64,000 nucleotides of DNA from Minisyncoccota bacterium (GTDB taxonomy: Bacteria > Patescibacteriota > Minisyncoccia > Phycocordibacterales > GWA1-40-21). Location: the NCBI GenBank assembly GCA_041664585.1, contig JBAYKL010000002.1, forward strand, positions 13,494 through 77,493, given 5' to 3'. This document shows, piece after piece, positions 10,006-18,214 of the stretch (positions are counted from its first letter, which is position 1; the number at the start of each line of letters is the position of its first letter). The notes beneath the pieces were generated by a model. The model searched no databases. It had not been told where the DNA came from and saw only the letters and a program-made list of their open reading frames with translations. The translations under genes and the position numbers were made by a program.

Positions 10006-10164
10006 TTATTTCTTGATTTCCTTGTGAGTAGTATTCTTTTTACACCACTTACAATATTTCTTGAGCTCAATTTTGCGCTCAACTTTCTTTTTGTTTTTTC
10101 TGCTCCAGTAATTGATTCTTTTACAATCCTTACAAGCAAGTTTTATTAATTGATCTTGTGACAT
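10006..10164 (-). CDS. rpmG: 50S ribosomal protein L33
   Basis: 52 aa MSQDQLIKLACKDCKRINYWSRKNKKKVERKIELKKYCKWCKKNTTHKEIKK matches zinc-ribbon L33 (CxxC...CxxC, KKYC); absent from the ORF track because of its size. Confidence 0.8.
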   Translation of the reverse strand: MSQDQLIKLACKDCKRINYWSRKNKKKVERKIELKKYCKWCKKNTTHKEIKK

Positions 10165-10233
10165 AATATTTAAATTAGTTGCTTATGAGTATAACTTAAA
10201 ACAGGCCTTTTTGCAAGAGAAAATGACCCGAAA

Positions 10234-11910
10234 CTACAATTCCCTTGTATCAGGTACAATTGGTCTAACCTTCCAGAACTTCTTGTGTAAAGTCTTAATA
10301 GTCTCTTCTAGCTCAACACTCTTCATACATTTCATAACGAGAATGAAAGTAACTATACCCAAAAGACCAGAACATAGACCCTGCATAAATATCCCCACTA
10401 ATGTATTTATATTAAACAAATCATCAAATATATTCAATCCTAAATAAGCAACAAATCCCATAATCACAGAAGCAGAGAACGTTTGAAAAAGTGTATTAAA
10501 TAGTGGAGTAGAAAAACCTTTAAAATCTTTTTCAAATAGGATCCACAAAATTATACAATTTAATATTTGAGCTAAAGAAAAACCTAAGGCAAGCATTAAA
10601 ACATCAGTACCAACCAAATCATCTACCCTAAATAGGTGTTCTATAAAATACCTGAAGACCAAGAACGAATTAAAAATCTTTACAAAAGCATATGAAAAAA
10701 TAATTGTGAGAACACCAGTACCAATACTTGTATATAATGACTTCTTAGTATTTCCAGTAGCATAAAATCCTCTAACAAAAAGCAAAACCAAAGACTGTGC
10801 GACAACAGAGATAGCAAATATAGCTAAAGCACCCGCAGTAAGTTTAGTATCAGACCAGCTGAAATTACCAGCACCATATATAGTCCTAACAACCTGTGCT
10901 CTTAAGACAATAAATAAAACAGAAACTGGAATTGACCAAAAGAGAATATGCCTTGCTCCAGTAATGATATGAGAAACAAATTCATCTCTATGACCATTTG
11001 TAAAAAGTCTAGATAAAGTTGGGAAAGCTGCGATAGAATAACTTACACCAATAATAGTTAGAGGAACAGATTGAAGGTTCAATGCAAAATTAAAAATTGA
11101 AATAGAACCTCCTTCCATAAAAGAAGCGATGCCCAAAAGAGCAATTATAGAGATTTGAGTCATACCTAATGTAACCGTTCTTGGTATTGAAATACCAATA
11201 ACGTTTTTAATGGATTTAAAATCTAGAATTGCAGGCCAAGGCTTAAATAAACCACTGGCAAAAACAAATGGCAATTGTATTGCTAAGTGCATAATCGCGC
11301 CAAACACGACACCCAAAGCGAGTCCATAAATACCCCATATAGGATATAAGAAAATAATGCCTAGAATAATACCCAAATTATAAAATAAAGGACTTAGAGC
11401 ATAAACTAAAAATCTTTTACCAACCTGTGTAAGACTCGCAAAAAAGTTAGACAGGCCCAACAATATCGGGGACAAAAGGAGAATCCTTGTAGTTAAAATA
11501 ATGCTAGGAAAGTTTTCTGCGGATAATCCTTTGAAAATAAGTGGTACAAGATATGGTATTAAAAAGAAAGCGATTACGCTTGTTGAAACAATTAAAATTG
11601 AAAAGAAATAAAAAATACTATTTATAAACTTCTTTCCTTCCTCAAAATTTTTGTCCAATCTCTCGGTAATAAAAGGGACAAGAACAGAAATAGAAACAAG
11701 AGAAGCGACTGTAGCAAAAATAAAATCAGGGATTCTAAAAGAAGAATAGTAAACATCCAAAATAGTACTCGCACCAAAGTGAGATGCGAACATCCTGTCC
11801 CTAGCAAGAGCCAGAAGCTGAGAAAGAAGAGCAAAAATTCCAAGTAAATATGCCGCTTCATGTAATCCAACAATCTCTTTATAAAAAATATTAAAAATCC
11901 TTTTAACCAT
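10234..11910 (-). CDS. murJ: lipid II flippase MurJ/MviN
   Basis: polytopic membrane protein (about 14 TM) with a MurJ-like N-terminus from MVKRIFNIF...; likely start is the internal Met at 11910 rather than 11991. Confidence 0.75.
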   Translation of the reverse strand: MVKRIFNIFYKEIVGLHEAAYLLGIFALLSQLLALARDRMFASHFGASTILDVYYSSFRIPDFIFATVASLVSISVLVPFITERLDKNFEEGKKFINSIFYFFSILIVSTSVIAFFLIPYLVPLIFKGLSAENFPSIILTTRILLLSPILLGLSNFFASLTQVGKRFLVYALSPLFYNLGIILGIIFLYPIWGIYGLALGVVFGAIMHLAIQLPFVFASGLFKPWPAILDFKSIKNVIGISIPRTVTLGMTQISIIALLGIASFMEGGSISIFNFALNLQSVPLTIIGVSYSIAAFPTLSRLFTNGHRDEFVSHIITGARHILFWSIPVSVLFIVLRAQVVRTIYGAGNFSWSDTKLTAGALAIFAISVVAQSLVLLFVRGFYATGNTKKSLYTSIGTGVLTIIFSYAFVKIFNSFLVFRYFIEHLFRVDDLVGTDVLMLALGFSLAQILNCIILWILFEKDFKGFSTPLFNTLFQTFSASVIMGFVAYLGLNIFDDLFNINTLVGIFMQGLCSGLLGIVTFILVMKCMKSVELEETIKTLHKKFWKVRPIVPDTREL

Positions 11911-11994
11911 CTTAGTGCGTATAGTATACAAGATAAACGACCAAAATAAAAATGGAAAAGGAAAAGCGTACCTTGCGGTACGCTTTTCCATAAA

Positions 11995-12300
11995 CCTTTA
12001 TATCTATAAGCCGAATTCTGTATTCACCGAAGTGAACGACAATCATCTATCTGGGCCAAATATTACTACTTGGCTCAAGCGGCGCTTCCGCATAAAGCGG
12101 ACACGGCCTTGCACAGAGGTAAGGATTTAGCATGTTGCACTTCTGTCTTTCAACAGACATATTCCCGAAGGAACCCTAGCTTTTCAGCATCAGCATCACT
12201 GTTCGCACCTCTAAGATCACTCTAGACGGGCGTTACCCGCTACCCTGCTCGTTTAAATAAATAAACGCTGTGTTCGGACTTTCCTCTAGTTATAAATAAC
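11995..12300. ncRNA. GC-rich non-coding block with stable hairpins (candidate structured RNA; strand and identity unresolved)
   Basis: no plausible ORF; GC clearly above flanks; hairpins ccgcataaagcgg, ttcacttcggtgaa (UUCG) and ccttcgggaa. Confidence 0.3.
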
Positions 12301-12367
12301 CAGCGATTGTCTAATATGAAGGCCAAATAAGCATACAATATGTTGGGTAAAAAAGCAAGTGATTGGC

Positions 12368-12400
12368 TTGACTTTTAGAGTAAAAGATGCTATCATTTTA
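12368..12400 (+). promoter_or_regulatory. sigma70-like promoter (TTGACT-17-TATCAT)
   Basis: cttgacttttagagtaaaagatgctatcat upstream of the 12490 CDS. Confidence 0.45.
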
Positions 12401-12489
12401 TACAGAACGTATTGTAAGAGGAGTAGCAATTCCGCTATCCCCCGTTGAAAATTTCAAGAAAAAACACCAAATGGTGAGAAGGAGTAAAT

Positions 12490-13593
12490 ATGTGGATATA
12501 CATCATCGTATCGTTAGTTTTAACCGGGATATTACTAGCCGGTTTACACTTCGCCATGATCAAGTTGGCTGGATTACTCGCGGTCAGAACAATCTTACTT
12601 GCGAGTCCAAAAATTGGTCGTGCTATGGCTAGAACCAGAAATGGAAAGATAACTGGCTATATAGCGAATATGGCTGGTTTGGGACACGATATCATTCCAG
12701 AAACAGGAGAACTATTCAAAAGCCAAAGTACAAATCATGGCTGGTTGTGGGATCACTACGGTGTATTGTGGATAGGTTTCGATAAAATCCACAAATACAA
12801 TATAACCGTTGTGAAAATAGATAAAGACGGCAACTACAAAAAAGAAACGGTGGTTGCCGAGTCTTTGTTTTTATCACAGTCTTGGCCGATGATAATAAGC
12901 GACGAACTAAAGACAAAAGAAGGTATCGAGCTAGTAGCGAAGGTTAACCTAAATCTCATACTAACCCATGCTGGATTAGGTATGGGACATCAACCCAACT
13001 GGTCTATAGTAATCGATATGGCTGTTATGGCAGCTGTTAGAGATTTCTGTGGATCACACAGTATTGATGAAGTTTTTAGTAGACCACACGAGGGCTCAAT
13101 TGCGGATCATACTAAATCGAAACTTATTGATCTGATACTGAGTCTGAATAATGGTACTGAGGGAAACCCTGGACTAAAAGACAAGATTGGAATGCAGATC
13201 GCTTCTTTTAACCTCATCTCAATTGACATTGTGGATGAGAAAGTAAAGGAACAGCTGCAAGCCAAATTCAATGCTGAGCAAGAAGGGAAAGCAAGAGTTA
13301 CTACAGCCGAAGCTGATGTTCAGGTGGCCGAAAAAGAATTGCTGGCTCGGACAAAACGTGCCGAAGCGCTTCTTGTCGAGAAACAAAAAGAAGCTGAGGG
13401 AGTCAAAGCAATCGGTGATGCCAAAAATGCCGTGCTCTTAAAACGAGTAGAAGCATTTGGAAATAAACCTGAGCTTCTGGCTGCCATAATGACCGCTGAA
13501 GGATACCAAGCTGGTACCTTGGTATTTGGGGATAAGGCAATGATCCTTGGAGAAAGAAAAAATGAAACTAGGCCAGTTGATAAAAAAGATTAA
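12490..13593 (+). CDS. SPFH/band-7 family membrane protein (prohibitin/flotillin-like)
   Basis: N-terminal TM helix, globular domain, then a long charged coiled coil (KFNAEQEGKARVTTAEADVQVAEKELLARTKRAEALLVEKQKEAEG); GC-elevated. Confidence 0.5.
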   Translation: MWIYIIVSLVLTGILLAGLHFAMIKLAGLLAVRTILLASPKIGRAMARTRNGKITGYIANMAGLGHDIIPETGELFKSQSTNHGWLWDHYGVLWIGFDKIHKYNITVVKIDKDGNYKKETVVAESLFLSQSWPMIISDELKTKEGIELVAKVNLNLILTHAGLGMGHQPNWSIVIDMAVMAAVRDFCGSHSIDEVFSRPHEGSIADHTKSKLIDLILSLNNGTEGNPGLKDKIGMQIASFNLISIDIVDEKVKEQLQAKFNAEQEGKARVTTAEADVQVAEKELLARTKRAEALLVEKQKEAEGVKAIGDAKNAVLLKRVEAFGNKPELLAAIMTAEGYQAGTLVFGDKAMILGERKNETRPVDKKD

Positions 13594-14128
13594 GATCAAA
13601 CCATACTGGATTGTCAGTATAGCAATCTCTGGTTTAATCGCCTGGGGTATTATATCCTCCGTACACAATCTTAATAGTTTTGTGAGGACTCACGAAAGTG
13701 GGGCCAAGCAAAATGTATCAAAGTGGATAAATGATATGGGTAAAAGCAAAGTTTTCAAATCAAAAAAGAAAACTGAAGTGGAAACCCCTAATGTCGTTGT
13801 CCCAGAAAAAGGTTGGGTATGGAAGTCGTTCGCTGATAACAAAGAACATTCATTCCGCGTCAAATTCATACAAAAGAACGACACAGTGATGGAAATGGCG
13901 CTTCTCGCCCCTTCTGGTTTAGAAATTGCCCGAGTTAAGGTAAGGCAACCAGGAGAGTTTGGCTGGAGTTGGTATGGAGAATGGATAAATCCACCCAACA
14001 ACAATTCCGGGCAAATCGTGCTCAAGGAATTGGAGGGAAGTAACGGACGCATATACATCGGCTACCAAAGCGATGGAAATCGTTCACGAAACTTCGTAGA
14101 AAAAACAATCATCGAGTTCGTTGAATAA
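13562..14128 (+). CDS. hypothetical membrane-anchored protein
   Basis: GGAG RBS 9 nt before the ATG at 13562; N-terminal TM; overlaps the upstream gene by 32 nt; GC-elevated. Confidence 0.5.
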   Translation: MKLGQLIKKIKIKPYWIVSIAISGLIAWGIISSVHNLNSFVRTHESGAKQNVSKWINDMGKSKVFKSKKKTEVETPNVVVPEKGWVWKSFADNKEHSFRVKFIQKNDTVMEMALLAPSGLEIARVKVRQPGEFGWSWYGEWINPPNNNSGQIVLKELEGSNGRIYIGYQSDGNRSRNFVEKTIIEFVE

Positions 14129-14138
14129 AAAGACGAAC

Positions 14139-14172
14139 CAACAGGGCTGTACAAATGTACTGCCCTGTTTTT
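14139..14172 (+). terminator. intrinsic terminator
   Basis: cagggctgtacaaatgtactgccctg plus T7. Confidence 0.65.
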
Positions 14173-14179
14173 TTATTCA

Positions 14180-14213
14180 AAAAAACCACCAATTAAATAA
14201 TTGGTGGTTTTTT
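14180..14213. terminator. intrinsic terminator (bidirectional; also serves the minus-strand pilin-like array)
   Basis: aaaaccaccaatt aaataattggtggtttttt. Confidence 0.6.
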
Positions 14214-14225
14214 CTTTTTAAAGAT

Positions 14226-14522
14226 TTAGATTGCTCCAATAGTTCTTAGAATCAAATTAATAATACCCTTAACAGATATCATTATAAATATACCGACAAC
14301 TCCCCACAACATACTTTTTTGACCGTCTAATCTTTTCTCTGGACTTTCTGCATTTTTTATAAAGACAAATACTCCGTAAATAAAATATGCAGTCGCTAAA
14401 GCAAAAAGTAAATATATTAATGGCGTAACTATTTGATCGTTTATATTACTAAGAAATTTATCAAAGGAAACCCCTTTACCACTTCCCTGTGCATAAACTT
14501 TTGGAAACAAAAAATCAATCAT
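14226..14522 (-). CDS. VirB2/TrbC-like pilin-like small membrane protein (paralog 1)
   Basis: 98 aa; TM1, short charged loop (KNAESPEKRLDGQK), TM2; shares the WG(I/V)VGIF(I/V)M(I/V)SV(W/K)G motif with its neighbours. Confidence 0.4.
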   Translation of the reverse strand: MIDFLFPKVYAQGSGKGVSFDKFLSNINDQIVTPLIYLLFALATAYFIYGVFVFIKNAESPEKRLDGQKSMLWGVVGIFIMISVKGIINLILRTIGAI

Positions 14523-14525
14523 AAA

Positions 14526-14876
14526 TTAAAATGGTGGCAATAGTTGATCAACACGGCCAGATTGAATTCCAGCAGTACCGAATGTACCTTGCAAGATATT
14601 TACAAGACCCCAGACAGATACCATAACGAATATACCTACGATACCCCAAATTATTTGAGTCTTAGCTTCCTTCTTTTTTTCTTCATCTCCAGCTACAGCA
14701 TAACGAAATACACCCCAGATAAAATACACAACCGCCAAAGATATAATAAAAGGTACCAATTTGTTTAATACAGCACTTGCCATAGCAAAAAGATCCCAAA
14801 TACTATTAACCTTTGCCTGTGCCATAGCCACAAAAGGCATAGCGAAAGTCGAAACCGCAATTAATAATTTCTTCAT
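14526..14876 (-). CDS. VirB2/TrbC-like pilin-like small secreted membrane protein (paralog 2)
   Basis: Sec signal peptide (AMAQA), TM1, loop AGDEEKKKEAK, TM2 IWGIVGIFVMVSVWGLVNIL. Confidence 0.4.
   Translation of the reverse strand: MKKLLIAVSTFAMPFVAMAQAKVNSIWDLFAMASAVLNKLVPFIISLAVVYFIWGVFRYAVAGDEEKKKEAKTQIIWGIVGIFVMVSVWGLVNILQGTFGTAGIQSGRVDQLLPPF
14596..14649. repeat. 54-nt segment identical to 15065-15118 (copy 1)
   Basis: atatttacaagaccccagacagataccataacgaatatacctacgataccccaa encodes IWGIVGIFVMVSVWGLVNIL in both paralogs. Confidence 0.9.
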
Positions 14877-14996
14877 AAATTATTTCTAAATAAAATTAAC
14901 TAATAATAAACTAACGACCCATTTAATTTAACACCCTATAATTATAAATCCTCACAAAGAATTAAGCAAACAGCTTATAAACACATATCCTTTAAT

Positions 14997-15473
14997 TTAA
15001 AGGTTCGGTATAACGTTGCTTATTTCTAATTGAGAATCATTTAAATTAAAGGTTCCCCTGAGAATATTTACAAGACCCCAGACAGATACCATAACGAATA
15101 TACCTACGATACCCCAAGTCATAAATTGTTTGCCGGCTTCCTTTTCTTTACCCTCTGAACGGATAAATTTAAATACACCCAAAAGGAACACTACTATCGC
15201 AGCAGAAACGATAAGAGCAATAATTGGTCTTAACATTCCACCAATTATCGTATTCATTATTAAATCAGAAAAAGTCTTTGGAGTTTTTGTAGCTCCACCA
15301 CCATTAACAGCATTGCTACCAGACACAACAGATCCCTGTGTAGGGTTAGCATAAAAAGGCGAATTGTTTTGGGCGTTCACGGACAAAAAAGCAAATGAGG
15401 AAACCAAGAGAAAAGCTAAACAGAAGATAAAAGATAGCCTTATAATTTTTTTATTTTTATTAAATATATTCAT
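14997..15473 (-). CDS. VirB2/TrbC-like pilin-like small secreted membrane protein (paralog 3)
   Basis: signal peptide, low-complexity linker, TM1, loop SEGKEKEAGK, TM2 identical to paralog 2 over 18 aa. Confidence 0.4.
   Translation of the reverse strand: MNIFNKNKKIIRLSFIFCLAFLLVSSFAFLSVNAQNNSPFYANPTQGSVVSGSNAVNGGGATKTPKTFSDLIMNTIIGGMLRPIIALIVSAAIVVFLLGVFKFIRSEGKEKEAGKQFMTWGIVGIFVMVSVWGLVNILRGTFNLNDSQLEISNVIPNL
15065..15118. repeat. 54-nt segment identical to 14596-14649 (copy 2)
   Basis: exact nucleotide identity to the first copy. Confidence 0.9.
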
Positions 15474-15477
15474 TTTT

Positions 15478-15882
15478 TTATTTTGTTAAGGCATCTATCG
15501 TACCAGTAATGATACTAGCGATAAGCTGCGCTCCTAGTAATAATATTATACCAATAATAGTATTTTTTAAAACAGTGTGAGCGGTGCTAATTTCTTTGCT
15601 ATTACCCCTAGCCTTAACATACAAAAATCCTGCATATATTAAAGCGAAAATGGCGAATACAGCACCTATTTTGGCAACAAAACTTAAGGCACTAGAAATA
15701 AAAGTTGGTATATCATTTACCCCGCCTAGAGGATTTTGGATTGTACTCCCAGAACCTCCGCTAGTAACTGGGGCAGTAACTTCCACTCCAGGAAGTCTAA
15801 TCCCCTGTGCAAAAGCATAAGAAGAAATACCGATGATCCCAATCGCAAATATTAGTACAAAAAGAAGTTTTCCTATTTTCAT
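15478..15882 (-). CDS. VirB2/TrbC-like pilin-like small secreted membrane protein (paralog 4)
   Basis: signal peptide (AFAQG), Gly/Ser-rich linker, TM1, loop KARGNSKEISTAHTVLKN, TM2. Confidence 0.35.
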   Translation of the reverse strand: MKIGKLLFVLIFAIGIIGISSYAFAQGIRLPGVEVTAPVTSGGSGSTIQNPLGGVNDIPTFISSALSFVAKIGAVFAIFALIYAGFLYVKARGNSKEISTAHTVLKNTIIGIILLLGAQLIASIITGTIDALTK

Positions 15883-15894
15883 TTTTTTAATAAA

Positions 15895-16308
15895 TTAACC
15901 TTTTAAAAATCTTAGTGCTTTGATACTAGGATCTACAAACCTATCTACTAAAGCATACACGACAAGCCATGCGGCCAACAACCAGAATAAACCCCACAAT
16001 GTTTTAGAAAACATTTTTTTTGCATCTTCTAACTTACTAGCATTACCAGGATTCATAAGTATTTGAGCACCGGCATATGCTAAAGTAAGTGCTCCAAGAG
16101 AGGCAGCAATCGCAACAAACCAATTGACTATACGATTGACTGTGCTGATAGCATCAGCAAAATCACAAGCGTCTGATCCTGTACCACACTGAATTATAGG
16201 CCAAAATTTACTTTCTGCGTGAGAAACACCAGGACATGATATAAAAGGTAGAACCAAAAAAGTTAAGAACAATAAAATTATAAATATTTTTTTGCTGTGA
16301 TTCTTCAT
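15895..16308 (-). CDS. VirB2/TrbC-like pilin-like small secreted membrane protein (paralog 5, Cys pair)
   Basis: signal peptide, CGTGSDAC motif, TM1, loop NPGNASKLEDAKK, TM2. Confidence 0.35.
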   Translation of the reverse strand: MKNHSKKIFIILLFLTFLVLPFISCPGVSHAESKFWPIIQCGTGSDACDFADAISTVNRIVNWFVAIAASLGALTLAYAGAQILMNPGNASKLEDAKKMFSKTLWGLFWLLAAWLVVYALVDRFVDPSIKALRFLKG

Positions 16309-16317
16309 ATAATTAAA

Positions 16318-17619
16318 TTATAACAAATTATTTAATTCCTCGCTTGCCTTTTGTACAGCACCCTCTAATCTTTCTCTGCCCGTTGTAATATTATCTATCA
16401 TATCCTGGAAGATAATATCTGTTTTGCTACTATTGGGATCTAACCAAGACCTAGAAATTAAAGCTGAGTTATAGAAGACTGATTTTGCAGAATCTGACAC
16501 ACCACGTGCAATCAAATCTCTTCTTGCTGGGGCAAAATTATTAAATCCCAAAAATACGGGAACTGTGTCAGCTCCTACAAGAGTAGAAATTGCATTAAAT
16601 GCAGGAACGATATTAGGTGAGCTCTTGAGTATTAAGAAACCGTATATATCACCGAATGTGATCTTGTTTTTAGAATCAAGTATTTGAGGAAGCATAGCAA
16701 CGTCGAAATTTAAATTAGGATTCTTCTCTTTTATATCAGAAATTTCTGACGCCTTTCCGAAGTAAACAGCCAAATCTCCACTCAAAAACATTTGTTTAGA
16801 AGAAGGTAGAGCGTTATTCCAAGAATAAACAGATTTCTTGGGATTTGAGTAGTCTGTATAAAATCTCAAAGCTGAGTAGGCCGGTATCTCTATACTTTTT
16901 GTATCTACCGAAGATCTACTATCTAAATAGCTCGAAACCTCTCCATTACTTCCAGTTGCTATAATTGGACTTCCAGCCTGCATTATTATAGAACTTATAA
17001 TAGCTTTGGCGTTATTTATATTTTTATATCCACCAAGAGATACTGCACTTTGAATTATATTCGCATTATTATCTACCTTAGACATCTTAGAAGCTAAATC
17101 TGGGAACTCTAACCACTTAGTAGGTGGAGAAGCAACTCCGACATCAGCAAACATATCTCTGTTCCAATACATCACTAACGGGTCTATAAAAAACGGTAAA
17201 CCAATAGCCCCATCCGCTGTCAAATATATCTCTGCCTCTTGAACAAAAGTATCTTTAAACAACCTCTCTGGTAAACTAGTAGCTGGTATAGGATAAACCT
17301 TATCACTATATCTCACTAGTAAATTTTGTGGTAATAAAACGATATCTGGGCCAATTCCACTTGCAATCGCTTCTACAAGTTCAGCGTCTATTGTTAAAAT
17401 ATTTTTTTGTACATATTTGATTTTTACGTCCTTACTCAAATCAATTCTCATCTTACTTAAAAAGTTTTCGAAACTAACAACATCGATTGTCCCCCATGCA
17501 GTTAAATTTACATTGGTATTAGTTGAATCCTTTGCTTTGTAAAGTGCAAAAGAAGCAATTCCTAATAATATAAAAAAGGCAAACACTGATATTAAAATTA
17601 CTTGAAAATTATTTTTCAT
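16318..17619 (-). CDS. membrane-anchored extracellular solute-binding-protein-like protein (SBP family 1)
   Basis: 433 aa; N-terminal TM anchor; periplasmic-binding-protein-like alpha/beta composition; tightly linked to the pilin-like array. Confidence 0.4.
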   Translation of the reverse strand: MKNNFQVILISVFAFFILLGIASFALYKAKDSTNTNVNLTAWGTIDVVSFENFLSKMRIDLSKDVKIKYVQKNILTIDAELVEAIASGIGPDIVLLPQNLLVRYSDKVYPIPATSLPERLFKDTFVQEAEIYLTADGAIGLPFFIDPLVMYWNRDMFADVGVASPPTKWLEFPDLASKMSKVDNNANIIQSAVSLGGYKNINNAKAIISSIIMQAGSPIIATGSNGEVSSYLDSRSSVDTKSIEIPAYSALRFYTDYSNPKKSVYSWNNALPSSKQMFLSGDLAVYFGKASEISDIKEKNPNLNFDVAMLPQILDSKNKITFGDIYGFLILKSSPNIVPAFNAISTLVGADTVPVFLGFNNFAPARRDLIARGVSDSAKSVFYNSALISRSWLDPNSSKTDIIFQDMIDNITTGRERLEGAVQKASEELNNLL

Positions 17620-17626
17620 ATATTTG

Positions 17627-18151
17627 TTATTTTCTAAAAATAAGTCCGTAGTGTTGTGCTCCAGCAGACATTTCCCTCTCTAAAGAAAAACCGTTTTTGA
17701 TAAACAACTCCTGAGCTTTTTCTTTTGGTAATACATCTTTTGCTTGTGGGCCCAAACCACCAAAAGAGCTAAGCCAATCTATTACAAGAACCCTTCCCCC
17801 CCTTTTTAAAACTCTTTTTATCTCCATAATTACATGCTCTTTATTCTCAAGTTGAAAAAGTATATTTGCTAAAATAACAGAATCAATTGAAGACTCTCTT
17901 AGTTTAGTCCCGCCAACATGTTCAAGATCAGCCCATATAATTTCGATATTAGACAGATGTCTGAATTGAGCCTCTCTCTTAATCTTCTCTAGAAGATCTT
18001 TTTGTATATCTAAAGAATAAACACGACCACCAGAACCAATAGCCTCTGCAGCAGCAAAAGAATAAAAACCAGAACCAGATCCAAAATCGGCAACATAACT
18101 TCCCTCTGCCAAACTAAATTGTTTTATATTTTTTTCTGGATCTGAAAACAT
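17627..18151 (-). CDS. class I SAM-dependent methyltransferase
   Basis: motif I DFGSGSGFY, then RVYSLD and LKRGGRVLVIDW. Confidence 0.7.
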   Translation of the reverse strand: MFSDPEKNIKQFSLAEGSYVADFGSGSGFYSFAAAEAIGSGGRVYSLDIQKDLLEKIKREAQFRHLSNIEIIWADLEHVGGTKLRESSIDSVILANILFQLENKEHVIMEIKRVLKRGGRVLVIDWLSSFGGLGPQAKDVLPKEKAQELFIKNGFSLEREMSAGAQHYGLIFRK

Positions 18152-18214
18152 AAGTTACGTTTATTATACTCTTATTATAAAATACAAGCTATAGATAACT
18201 GTGGAAAATCATAT

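Noticed and set aside
14226-16308. Interpreting the five small 2-TM proteins as type IV pilins or holins
   Set aside because: They lack the G/FTLIE prepilin motif and have Sec-type signal peptides. Their topology fits VirB2/TrbC-type pilins better; holin function cannot be excluded but there is no adjacent lysin context
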